Notes under the pieces: model-generated
Databases searched by the model: none
What the model was told of the DNA's origin: nothing
Seen by the model: only the letters and a program-made list of their open reading frames with translations
Program-made: the position numbers and the translations under genes
In this document: piece after piece, positions 27,111 through 40,312 of the stretch
Position numbering within the stretch: position 1 is the first letter of the stretch
Layout of the letters: the number at the start of each line of letters is the position of its first letter
Assembly: GCF_009914755.1 (NCBI RefSeq)
Contig: NC_060937.1
Direction: 5' to 3' (one strand)
DNA: 64,000 nucleotides
Origin: the human T2T-CHM13v2.0 reference genome, Homo sapiens

Positions 27111-29674
27111 AAGCGATACTTCATTTTACTGTTTTTCATTTCAGAAGACAAATAAGTACATATAAAATTGCTTAACAACATGCTGGAATATAGTTAAAAA
27201 AAACAGGAGCAAGAGATTTAGTCTAAATAATAAGTAGACAGATCCAGTTTACAAAGGAGTTGATCCCTTTCAGTGGGTGTGTGGAAAATATAATAGAGAG
27301 GAAAGGAAATCTGGAAGTTCCACCAGGTGTTTTCTAAGTCATTGGGAAAAATATCATTAGATTTTACCTTATGACTGAGTATATTAAGGGTTATGTAATA
27401 TACATTTTATTTATCATTTCTATTAAAATGTATATTATCTTAATATAAATTTTATTTGTATTAATATAAGTTGTATTTGTATTATAATTATTATAATTAC
27501 ATGTTTGATATAACACTTCTCTATTTAAAAACACATTTGAATAAACAATGCACTTCATCTCCTGACCTGACTATGTAACAGAATTTGCTTTGCTTGATAC
27601 AACAAACCAGGCTTTTTTCTCTTTTCTTCTTTTTTTGTTCCTGGCAAATCAAAGTATTGAACTGCAGCAGTTGGCTTATAGAAGCTCAGGTCAGAGGAAA
27701 GTGGATTGCTCTGGATTGCTGATGTTTCAAAAGTTTTATTCAGTCTTTGAGAGATAAGGAAATGATCTCAAATAAAACTTTTCACAGCCCTATTGTACTT
27801 TCTTTATCTTCTAAGTGGAACCCCTTGTCAGCCTTTCATCCTACCCCACTAAAGTTTCCAGTAATTCAGCTGTCCCAGAATGATACATTTTACAGCATTT
27901 CTGTAATTGCAAACCAGCTGGTAGAACTTCGAGAGACCAACAAAAATATTTTAAACGGTTACTTTAAAAACTATTAGTTGCTAAATTACACTTGTTTCCC
28001 TCATCACTTGAAGTATCCTGCACGTAAAATATGCCCAGGATTACCTAATTAAAAGAGAGAAAAAATTTTTCTTTGCAATTTACGTTTAAGCAAAAGCATA
28101 TTTTTATAACCCTGCAGCTGTATTTTTCTCTAGTGCCTTTTCCTAACAAAATGTATGCCATATTCAATAATCCTTTCACCTATAGGTCTATTGGGCACTG
28201 CTAATAATAACTAGACCTTTCCTATTTGTAAAGAAATCAGCTCAGTGAAAATGGGGTCAGAAAAATCTCTTTTTCAATGTATGCACAACTTCCTATAGAA
28301 AAGAAAAGAAGGCATGTTTGGATATCTCCCCAATAAAAAGAAACAAAATTCCTAAATACCTTAATTCTATTTGATTATTTTTATGGAAATATATTACATA
28401 ATTTCTTATTTTATTATTAAATTACAAAATATGTGCCGAAGAGTATTATTCAGGAGTAAAGCCTTGTTTATACGAATACATATTACACAGATAGAATTAC
28501 GGTAGTTTTGTAATCAATCATCCTGTAAAGGATCTGTTATTTTTTTGCTTATACTTAAGTCATACTTTTACTTCCTCACTTGAAGGTTTAACTACAGGTT
28601 GATGTCAGTGAAAGATACATTATTACATTGACCTGAGAGAGTGTGAGGGCCAATTTGATAAAATTTGTCTCTCTGGTGATATGACTCTGTATGTTTTTCT
28701 GAAGCTATTTTGAGTTTTTAAACCTATCTTTAAAAACCGTAAAGATTTCATAATGTAAATGCACTGCTTTTGGGGGAATTTCAAAGAATGATAGATGATT
28801 AAATCAAAACTGAAAGAACTGATTAAGTCGAGTTCAATCATTCAAAGAAGAGAAAGCAGTGACTTTTCCACTCCTCTTCTTGAATTGTACCCAGGGATTT
28901 GTTGATCTTTTGAGTAGCAAGAACTCACTAAACTATGTTTTAAAACCTCTATGAAAGCTTTAAGGACTATGAATAACAGATTTTAAGATATTTACAAGAT
29001 TATTCCCTAGATTTCTACAATAAATAAAGCCTGCATTCTAAAAAGATCTGTAATCCAGATTTCCTATGATTATTTGTTTATAATGTTTTTAGATTCAACA
29101 CAATCAACTAATTGCTATATTGATTTAAAAGGCAATAAGTTATCTTTAAAAAGTTTTTTAAAATTTTTCTTTCTACTGTGCATGGTATTTAATCATAATC
29201 ACAGCAAGGGATCATTCTGTAAACACCATAAGATAATGACGTACGCAGTATAAGAATTACGTAGCATTTCCAAAAGTATGTTAATCTTTTATCTATTATA
29301 ATGAATTTGATTTTATTTAATGGCTTTCTTTGACAATATGCAAGTGCCTGTCTGAAGCATTAATCTTCCAGTACTTACATATTTTATATATAAACATATT
29401 TTATATAAATATAATTTTTAATAATATTCTTGAAAATTCAAGTAACTCTTGAAATGATCAGTTGCTAATTAGAATGTACAAATTTATGACAAATTTGATC
29501 AATGTGAATAAAAACTCTTGCTCCTCAAACTTATCATTTTTCTTTTTTTAAACTTACTTTTTCTTAAAAGTAGAATTTTTTCTTGCATTTTTAAGATAAC
29601 TTCTCATTTTGTCCTTGAATATTCTTTAAGTTTATTGAAACTTTAGCTTTGATGATAAATTTTGCTATAGATGG

Positions 29675-31988
29675 TAATATGGTTTGGGGGTGTCCCCACC
29701 CAAATCTCATCTTGAATTGAAACTCCCACAATTCCCATGTGTCATGGGAGGAACCTGGTTAGAGGTGATTGAATTATGGGGGCAGGTCTTTCCTGCACTA
29801 TTCTTATGGTATTGAATGAGTCTCACGAGATCTCATAGTTTTAAAAATGGGAGTTTCCGTGCACAATCTCTCTTTGCTGCTGCCATCCACGTAAGATGTG
29901 ACTTGCTCCTCCTTGCCTTCTGCAATGAATGTGAGGCCTCCCCAGCCATGTGGAGCTGTAAGTCCAAAAAACTCTTTCTTTTGTTAATTGCCCAGTCTCA
30001 GGTATGTCTTTATCAGCAGCATGAAAACAGACTAATACAGCATATTTGTACCAGTAGAGTGGCGCTGAAAAATACCTAAAAATGTGGAAGTGAATTTGGA
30101 ATTGGGTAACAGGCAGAGACTGGAAGAGCTTGGAAGGCTCAGAAGAGACAGGAAAATGTGGGAAAGTTTGTAACTCCCTAGAGACTTGTTGAATGGCTTT
30201 GGCCAAAATGCTGATAATGATATGGAGAATGACATCCAGGCGGAGGTGGTCTCAGATGGAGATGAGGAACTTGTTTGGAACTGGAGCAAAGGTGACTCTT
30301 GTTAAGCTTTAGCAAAAAGATTGGTGGCACTTTGCCCCTGCCCTAGAAGTATATAGAACGTTGAAATTGAGAGAGATGATTTAGAGTATCTGGTGGAAGA
30401 AATTTCTAAGCAGCAAAGCATTCAAGAGTTGACTTTGGTGCTGTTAAAGGCATTCACTTTTATAAGGGAAGCAGAGCATAAAAGTTTGGAAAATTTGCAG
30501 CCTGACAATGCAATAGGAAATAAAAACCCATTTTCTGAAGACAAATTTAAACCTGCTGCAGAAATTTGCATAAGTAATGAGGAGCTGAATGTTATTCACC
30601 AAGACATTGGGAAAAATATCTGCAGTGCATGTCAGGGGTCTTCTTGGCAGCCCCTCCCATCACAGGCACAGAGGTTTAGGAGGAAAAATGGTTTTGTGGG
30701 CTGGGCCCAGGATCCTTCTGCTGTGTGCAGTCTAGGGACTTGGTGCCCTGCATCCCAGCCACTCTAGCTGTGACTAAAAGAGGCCAAGGTATGGCTTGGG
30801 CTGTTGTTTCAGAGAGTGGGTGCTCCAAGCCTTGGCAGCTGCCTTATGTCATTGAGCCTGCGGGTGCACAGAAGTCAAGAGTTGAGGTTTAGGAACCTCT
30901 GTATAGATTACAGAAGATGTATGGAAATGCCTGGATGCCCAGGCAAAAGTTTGCCACAGGGGTGGGACCCTCATGGAGAGCCTCTGCTAGGACAGTGCAG
31001 ATGGCAAATGTGGGGTCAGAGCCTCCACACAGAGTCCCTACGGGGGCACTGCCTAGTGAAGTTGTGAGAAGAGGGCCACCATCCTCCAGACCCCAGAATA
31101 GTAGATTCACTGACAGCTTGCACCATTCACCTGGAAAAGCCTCAGACACTCAACACCAGCCCATGAAAGCAGCCAGGACGGGGATGTACTCTGCAAAGTC
31201 ACAGGGGCAGAGCTGCCCAAGACCATGGGAACCCACCACTTGCATCAGCAGGGCCTAGATGCGAGACATGGAGTCAAAGGAAATCATTTTGGAGCTTTAA
31301 GATTTGACTGCCCTGCTGGATTTCGGACTCACATGGGGCCTGCAGCCCCTTTGTTTTGGCCAATTTATCCCATTTGGAATGGCTGTATTTACCCAATGTC
31401 TGTATCCTCATTGTATCTAGGAAGTAACTAACCTGCTTTTGATTTTGCAGGCTCATAGGCAGAAAGGACTTGCCTTGTCTCAGATGCGATGCTGGGCTAT
31501 GGATTTTGAGTTAATGCTGAAATGAGTTAAGACTTTGGGGGAATGTTGGGACCATGATTGGTTTTTAAATGTGAGAACATGAGATTTTGGGGGGTGGTTA
31601 GGGGCGAAATGATATGGTTTGGCTGTGTCCCCAACCAAATCTCATCTTGAATTGTAACTCCCACAATTCCCATGTGTCCTGGGAGGAAACTGGTGGGAGG
31701 TGAATGAATTATGGGGATGGGTATTTCCTGTGCTATTCTCAGGACAGTGAACCAATCTCATGAGATCTGATGGTTTTAAAAATGGGAGTTTCTGTGCACA
31801 ATCTCTTTGCCTGCCACCTTCCATGTAAAGATGTAACTTGCTCCTCCTCGCCTTCTGCTATGATTGTGAGGCCTTCACAGCCATGTGGAACTGTAAGTCC
31901 AATAAACCTCTTTTTTTTGTTTTTGTTTTTTGTAAATTGCCCTGTGTTGGGTATGTCTTTATCAGCAGTGTGAAAACAGACTAATACA
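29675..31988 (+). mobile_element. Full-length THE1C MaLR: LTR 29675-30039, internal 30040-31609, LTR 31610-31988
   Basis: Two homologous T(G/A)ATATGG...CTAATACA LTRs, THE1-int ORF remnants (EEISKQQSIQE...), G-rich PPT, TSD gatgg/catgg. Confidence 0.95.
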
Positions 31989-32824
31989 CATGGGATTGGC
32001 CAAGCTAGTATGTGTTTCAATGGAAATTAAAAAAATTGTTTTTAACATGTGTATTATTTTCCTGTGTAGATTACCATCCTTCATAATCTTCTTGAATAAA
32101 CATTGATGAATAGTAGTCCAAAGTATAAATATAGCTATAAGAATTTAAGTAGCAACAGATATCAATTAAGAATAATGCAGAGAACTAGATCACTGCAGTG
32201 CCTCCAGCATAGTGAAAAACATGTGATTATTTTCCAGTGTGATGGTGAATATAAAGGTAAATACGTTACAATTTTTATCATTGACCTGAGGAAATTAAAC
32301 TTACAAATGAGAATTAAGATTATTAATTGAGCTTTACAAACTACATAGGTAACCAGGGATTTCCAATGCCATTTGAAGAACGAGAATTACAAATGTGCCT
32401 TCTACCCTATATAGCATCTTCTGAACATAAATTAAGAAAAACTTAGAGCATCCATTGAGTTCCTATTCTTTTTTTTACTTTGTTTATTGTTTTATTCCTT
32501 TACTTTTCCTTTCTTTTCTTATAATTTTAGAGACTATCATGAAAAGAAAATGGGTTATGGTTCTACACAACAACACCTTATACTGCATTGTAAGAGTGAT
32601 TAATCTGTGGTTTTCCCAGAGCAGGGAAAGTATGGATTCGTGAAAATATATTAATGTTCTGTTTGGGATTGGTAGTCTTACTTCTCTAGCATATTTCAAA
32701 GAGATCTTGGGAACATGATTTGGAAGATATGTAATTAAATTGCTAAATAGCTTTGGAATTTTCAACAAAAAGCATACTATGAATTCTACAGTAGGCAAAG
32801 CTTAGGATATATATTTTTAATTTG

Positions 32825-32826
<2 letters not shown>

Positions 32827-32865
<39 letters not shown>
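32827..32865. repeat. (GT)n microsatellite
   Basis: Pure GT run. Confidence 0.97.
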
Positions 32866-32869
<4 letters not shown>

Positions 32870-33274
32870 AATGCATTTTACCACCAAACAGGATTGGAGA
32901 ATGGATTGGAGAGCTATTTTGGAATGTAAAACATCGTACTAGGAAGACAACCAAGATGCTAAATAGTCAGTTCATTAGAAAGCCTCCTGGTTACTGGATA
33001 GTTATAATGATGTGACCAAGAGTTTACTCTTTGAAGCTACTGCTATAAGATGATACACCCTTCAGGTATCATTGACGTGCTTTTTACTTATCTATCACAG
33101 TTCCTCACAAAAATTTGTTTTTGGATCAGGTGGAACTGAGTAAATATCCATGAAGTTTCAGGATAGAGCCATTTGCCTTCCTTTAAATCTTTGAAATATA
33201 TGTTGTTCAGCATTTTTACTCACATAGACCTTTCTTCATACCTCAGGTATTGCAGTCACCACCTACTACTATGT

Positions 33275-33390
33275 TGGTCTCCTCTTCTTTTCCTCCTCCT
33301 CTTCCTTGTCATTCTACTTTTGCTTCTTCTTGCCTCTTTCCTCTTCCTTCTCAACTTCCTCCCCCTACTCCTGCTTTGCCCCCTCTCCCT
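33275..33390. repeat. CT-rich low-complexity tract
   Basis: Degenerate (CTC/CTT)n. Confidence 0.75.
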
Positions 33391-33409
33391 GTCAGCAGTA
33401 AGCCAAGTA

Positions 33410-33850
33410 AGGATAAGAGACTGAGCAGAAATATAAATTAGTGCATGGTGCAGGCTAAGTTGGAAATAAGACCAGGGCAGAATATATTAAGAAATAAATT
33501 AGGCCACATTAATGCATTTTGCCTGTACATTAGAAGCAATTGGGAACCTTTGATAGCTATGAGCTGAGATAGTGAAGTACTCTCACCTATATTCCGAGAT
33601 CCTTCAGCCACTATAAAGACAATGGTTACCAAACAGAGAGATAGAACAGATTAGTGTAGATTAGATGGAAGCCTATTTTAGGGGTTCAGGAGACTTATGG
33701 TAGTGTGTTCAAAGGTATAATTATAGATTATATAAGGAAAGAAAACTAAAAGGGTGAAAAATATTTAAGATGAAAAATCATCACCATTTTTGTCTGAGAA
33801 ACTGAAAAGTGGTCAAAGGAAGTGCATTTGAGAATATTGTTGTTTAGTTC
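33410..33850 (-). mobile_element. L2 remnant
   Basis: agcaattgggaacctttga...gaagcctattttaggggttcagg pattern. Confidence 0.45.
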
Positions 33851-34674
33851 CTTTGGACTCAAGCCTATTAGGAAAGGGAATTTTGTATTATTGCTGGAGC
33901 ATATATAATGGAAGGAGGTCCAGCATTCAAAATATAGGCATCTCTATATTGTTAACATTATGTTTCATAGTTTTATGTAACTTGAAGTTCTTATTAAAAA
34001 ACGTGAGCTCTCACAAAATAGCATTGCTGAAACATTATTTAGCAGGTAAATTTTACATCACCAGCAATTAATTTGATAAGGGTTTAAATTTTTTAAAATG
34101 TTTCATAGATAAATACTTGAGTTGTGACTTTACCAGAAGAGTGAAAAATAAAATTTAAGTACATTATAGGTTAATTTTAGGGTATATTAAGATACTGTTG
34201 AAACATCTAAAATGCACATGTATTCCCTTTAATCATGCTTTCATGTGAAAAATTTTCAAAAGCCTATTACTTCAGGGGTCCATTTAACTCTTCATTCACT
34301 CCTCTCCAGGAGAGAAAGTATGAGTTTAACTGATTTATGAGTTTGAGAAAAAAAAATGTATGGATGGCTCTAAACATTATATATTCTCCTTTTGCATATA
34401 TCTGCCCCCAGAAAAGAGGATTTTGATTTCCTCTTGCCACGTGCTGTCAGGAATTGGCCCTACTGTGGTAATAATCTGTGTTTCTTCTTAGGTAGAGATG
34501 TTTGAGTGTACGAACCTATTTTGTACAACAACAAAAAGGAGCAACTCCACTTTACTTACCATTTCTTCCAAACCAGATTTTGTATAACTTTTAATCGGAA
34601 AAAATTGTAAACATTCAGAAAAGTTAAAAAAGGTATATGAAGAATGCTTATATATATACTATCTAAATTCAACA

Positions 34675-37175
34675 AATGCAAGGGTAGTTTAACATTAAAG
34701 ATTCAATCAATTTAGTTGATCATGTTAGTCAAATTTCAAAGAAAAATTATTTATAAAATTTAACCTCTATTTCTGGTAAAATAGCAAACAAAGAAACTCA
34801 GGAAATTAAGAACAGAAAAAAAAGTCTCATTTTGATGAAAGATATCCTAACATATCTTGAACATATATTTAAAGTAGAAATATTGAAAATTTTTTCATTT
34901 AATTAAGGATAACACTAATATATTATTACAACTCTTACTTAACAAGAAGAAAGCATTATAGATATAAAATTTAAAAGGAATAAACAACAGAATGAACTGT
35001 CATTACTGGCTGATGTCATAATTATATAACAATGTATTTCCAAAGAATTATAAAATATTTTCAATTAAAATGAATAAGTGAGTTTAGGAAGGCTGCTGGA
35101 TATTTAGTCAATACCATAACTATCAGTTTTATTTATCTAAGCAATCATTCTATAACATGGATTTTATTTTGAAATCTAATGCCATTTACAATATAATAAA
35201 AATCAAAAGTGTAGGAAAAAATCCGAGTGAAGAATGTGAAAAACCACTACACTAAAAATTACTAAATATTGCTGGAAAAATGAAAAGATCAATTAAAAAA
35301 TAAAGAGCAATACATGTTTATACTTTGAAATATTCAGTATTGTTAAAATATCAATTTTCTTAAAATTAATCTATATATTCAATGCAATAAGTCTTCTTAG
35401 GTAATTGGTATCTATAGGTGTAAATTCACTAGCTTATTCAAAATGTATATGGAATGTCAAACTATTTAGAATGCCCATACTATCTTAAAGTAAAAACTTG
35501 GAGGACTAACACTGTGATAGTACAAGGCTTTCTATTAAAAAAATTTAAAAAAATGATTTGCGTAATATAATACCAGTTAAAAACGCAAAATTAGGGAAAT
35601 GGAAAAGAATGGGAAGTAAAAGCCTAGGCCCACACATTATGGTCACTTAACATTTAACAAAGTTATAACTGCTAATCACTCAAAAAATGGATGATTATTT
35701 CAATAAATGAGGATTGAGCATAACTGTATGAAAAAATAAAATAATTTAACATATACTTCACATCATAGAAGTTATATAATTTGAGATGAATGATAGCCCT
35801 AAATTATGAATATAAATAAGCCTCTGAAAAAATATGAGATAACATCTTTATAACTTTGGGTAAGAAAATACTTCTTAAGTGGATAATTAAATAATTATAA
35901 AAGAATAAATATTTTGAACTCATTAAAATTAAGAGCATTTTTACAGCACAGGACAACATTAAGAAAGTGAAAAGCCAAGCCACCAGTCTTAAAATATTTT
36001 TGCAAAATATATAGCTGACAAAGAACTTATTTTATATCCAATATATAAAAAATTTCCTATAGTGAGATAAGAAAAAGACAACAGTTCAATTTTTAAATGA
36101 TTAAAAACCTTGAATAGGTACTCTATAGCAGAGCGTAAACCTATGTCCAACAAGCATGATAAAATTATTTCTCAAGGAAATGCAGATGAAAACAACAGCA
36201 GGATACTACTTCACACACATTCAAAGGCTATACTTAGAAAGTCTATCAAGGTAAGTATTTTACTGTAATCCCAGCCTTTTGGGAGGTGAGGCAGGAGGAT
36301 CGCTTAAGACCAGGAGTTTGAAACCATTCCGGACAATAAGGCAAGACTTTGTTTCTACAAAAACTAAAAATAAAAAAATAAAACTTAGCTGTGTGTGGTT
36401 TCACTTGTCTGTAGTCTCAGCTCCTTGGCAGGCTAAGGCAGCAAGACCACTTGAGCCCAGGAGTTCAAGGCTACCATGAGCCATGGTCACAATACTACAC
36501 TCTATTCTGGGTGACAGATTAAGGCCTTATCTCAAACAAAAACAAAAACAGAAAGTATTTGAAAGATGGGGAGAAACTGAACCTGTTCATCAATGCCAGT
36601 GGGAGTGTAAAGTGGCACAGATATTTTGGGAAGCTTTTTCAATAACTACTAAAGTAAAACACAGGCCTACCTATGATCTATCAATTATACTTGTAGTTAC
36701 ATACCCAACAGAAATGAGCGTATGTGGCAATAGAAAGATTTGCATAAGAACTTACATAAGAATTTTATTTGTAATTGCCCCAAACCTTTGTCACACAAAT
36801 ATCCATTAAGCAGACAATTAATAAACATTTTATTTATTTAATGAAATACTACACAGCAAAATAAAATCAAACTCCTGATAAATATAAAGTCTCACTTGAT
36901 TTTGAGCAAAAGAAGACAACTTTATATACTCTATGACTCCATTTAGATAACACTTCAGAACAGTTAAAATTAATCAAAGATGTAAGATAAAATAGTGGTT
37001 ATATTGGGAAGGACAGATTGTGACTCGGACAGGGCACACATTAACCTTTTCAAGCTTCTGTAAATATTCTGTAAATATGGATTTTTCTCATTACACTGTG
37101 GTTCCTAATGATTTGTCACTCAATTCACTTTCAGCAGTTTAATGTATATATGTTACCACATCAATAAGATAAAGG
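34675..37175 (+). mobile_element. Ancient LINE-1 (L1ME-like) ORF2 to 3'UTR, interrupted by an AluJ
   Basis: aatgcaagggtagtttaacatt (GMQGWFNI), aaattaatctatatattcaatgcaat, L1M 3' end motifs. Confidence 0.8.
36262..36552 (+). mobile_element. AluJ
   Basis: Diverged dimer with aggagttcaaggctaccatgagccatg; TSD aagtattt at 36253-36260 and 36553-36560. Confidence 0.9.
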
Positions 37176-39284
37176 AAGAAAGGAAATATAAGAAAATGAC
37201 TGAACATTTTGTGTCCAGAATAACAAAGTGTGACATTACTTATGTGATCTTCATATGGTTTAGGCCATAATCATAATTAAAAATGGGGTATGTGGAATCA
37301 TGACTTTTATTCTCTGTTTCAACTTCTGGTAAGTCACCCTCTCTCCTAATCCTTCTCTTCAAATAAAGGTAGAATTGTATTCGGCAGGAGAGACCCTTTG
37401 TAAACTCCAAGGAGCAAGAGATAATAGTGAAAAAATCCACTACATCTCAATAGTAAGCTGATGATGTGCATTTTGGCCTAGTATTTCAAGAAAGTCCACA
37501 GTAAGAATTAGTTCTAAATGAGAATTGATAGAACAATATCTGACATTTTACTTTATTTTCAGTATGTTCTGTAGGCCAAGATTGATTTTATATTTCAAAT
37601 TGAATTAAGTTCCATGTGAACTAGGAAGACATAGTGTGAGAGTTTTTAATTTCAGTTATTGCTGCTAAGCATAACTTAGGTATCAATTTCAATAAGTGCA
37701 TTGAAGGCAGGGAAGGATTTGAAAAATAACTTATCTAGAGGTATCTTCTTATATCAGCTCTCACTTAACTCTGAAGATGTTAATTGTATAAATTTCAGAA
37801 AGTATGAAAGTAATAAAAATGCTCGTGCCAAAAATGCTCAGCATCCAGAAGTAAAGGATGCTCAGGGCATCAAAGAAGATGTATAGACATTAGTCACTTG
37901 TCTGGGTGACACAGACCTAAGAGCTATGTCTAAATGATAACACAAAACAAAACAAAGAACAATAACAATATCCTTATTTTATTACTTCTTTGAGAACTTC
38001 CCTCATTTTTTAAGTAAGAATTTAATACTACAAATATCCGCCTCAATGCTGTGTTAGGTGCATCATGCATAGTTTTGATATGTTACATTTTATTTTCATT
38101 CAGTTCCATGAATGTTTAATTTCCTTTGGAACTTCATCTTTAATTATTGTATTATTTAGATGTATATTGTTTAAATGCTAAATGTTTTGTTTCATATGCT
38201 TAAGGCTCTGTTTGCTGCTTAGGATTTTGAACACATTTAGAATTATTATGTATTTCTGGTGGATTGATCCCCTTACCATTATGTAGTGCTTCTCTTTGCC
38301 TGTAGTAATTTTCTAGGCCCTGAATTCTACTCCAGCTAATATTTATAGAGCCACTTTTGATTTTAATTTGCAATTAATGTTCTCCTCATATATCATTTTT
38401 CATCTTTTTGTGTTCAACCTATGTATGCTGTTGAATTTGAAGTGATCTTCTAAGCAAAAAAAGTTGTGGGTTTTGTTTGTTTGTTTGCTTTTTAAACTCA
38501 TTTTGACAATCTCTGCCCTTTAGTGGCTGTACTGAGACCATTCATGTTTAGCATAATTGTTGACATGTTAGAACATAAATCTGCCTTTTTATTATTTATT
38601 TTATTTGTCTTTTGCCATTTGTGTTTTCTTGCCTTTCTGTGGGCTCTATGAAGCCATAGGAACCCATAGAACATTTTTTTTAGAATTTATCTTGATATAC
38701 TTTTAGTAGTTTAAGGTGAATTGGCTTGAATAGTATTTCTGGTGGTGCATCTAGATATTGCAGTATACACATGGGGCTCATTACAATCTCCTGGCATCAG
38801 TGTTTTACCACTTGGAATGAAACATTAATTCAATTTAGGTGCCTTTAATTTCCCAAGTTTTCTTTATTGTTACCTTATGTAACAGGTGCTATAATAATTT
38901 TTAATTATCACATATCATTTTTTAAACTCTTCAGGACAATTATAGTCTATTTGTATTTACTTATATTTTTGCATTTTTCTCTTGTTCTTTTTCCTCATGA
39001 TGTTCCAAAATGTCTTCTTTTATTATTTACTTTCTACTCTTTAAATCCATCCTTTAAGAATATAACCATTCTGTTTTTAGCAAATTATGATGAATTATTT
39101 AAGTTTTATTATATCTCAGAGTACGGTGTGTCCTAAAGGGTCATTTAGAAGTACTTTATGTCCTAAAGTATAGTTTTGATAGCTATAGAAATTGTCATTG
39201 ATTGTTCTTTACTTTCAGCACTTGAAAAATGTTGTGTATTACTTTCTGGTTTCCATTGATTCACATAAGAAATATGCTATCATT

Positions 39285-39668
<384 letters not shown>

Positions 39669-40003
39669 TCATTTCTCTCTAGCTGTGTAGGACATTTTTC
39701 TTGACCTTAATTTTTTTAAGTTTGTGTGATATGTAATGTTGTGAATTTCTTGAGCCTATCTTATTTTGAGGTTCTTTTAGCTTTTTTTGGATCAACAGGG
39801 TTATATTTTTGTCAGATTTGTGATGTTTTCAGCCATTCTTTGGAATATTCTTTCAGTTCCATTATCTTTTTTTCTCAACCTGGGACTTCAGTCATCTGAA
39901 TGTTGAATTTTTTGTTATTGCCCCATAGGTCCCAGAGGGTCTCTTCATTTTGTTATTTAATTATTTCATTTTGTTATTTAATTACATTCTCTTTGTTGTT
40001 TAG

Positions 40004-40312
40004 GATTTTTTGTTTGTTTTTGTTTGTTTGTTTTTGAGATAGTCTCACTCTGTCACCAAGGCTAGAGTGTAGTGGCACAATCTCAGCTCACTACAACCTC
40101 CGCCTCCCAGGAGGCGATTCTTGTTTGTCAGCCTCCTGAGTAGCTGGGATTACAGGTGTATGCCACCACGCCCAGCTAATTTTAGTGATTTTAATAGAGA
40201 GGGGGTTTCACCATGTTGGCCAGGCTGGTCTCAAACTCCTGACCTCTAGTGTTCAGCATGCCTCAGCCTCCCAAAGTGCTGGGATTACAGACGTGAGCCA
40301 CCATACCCAGAC
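40004..40312 (-). mobile_element. AluS (Sx/Sz-like)
   Basis: Full antisense Alu; TSD tgttgtttag at 39994-40003 and 40313-40322. Confidence 0.92.

Noticed and set aside
30393-31431. Cluster of 68-124 aa ORFs
   Set aside because: Fragments of the decayed THE1-int ORF, broken by stops and frameshifts; not a host gene.
33173-33441. Leu-rich and Pro-rich ORFs resembling TM or signal peptides
   Set aside because: Translation of a CT-rich low-complexity tract.
34480-34565. Splice-like signals (tttcttcttag on +, atggtaagt on -)
   Set aside because: No partner site or open frame; isolated consensus matches are expected by chance.
37813-37882. Short degenerate repeats (aaaaatgctc / atgctcag..catc)
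   Set aside because: Only 2-3 irregular copies from local slippage; no CRISPR-like or satellite structure.
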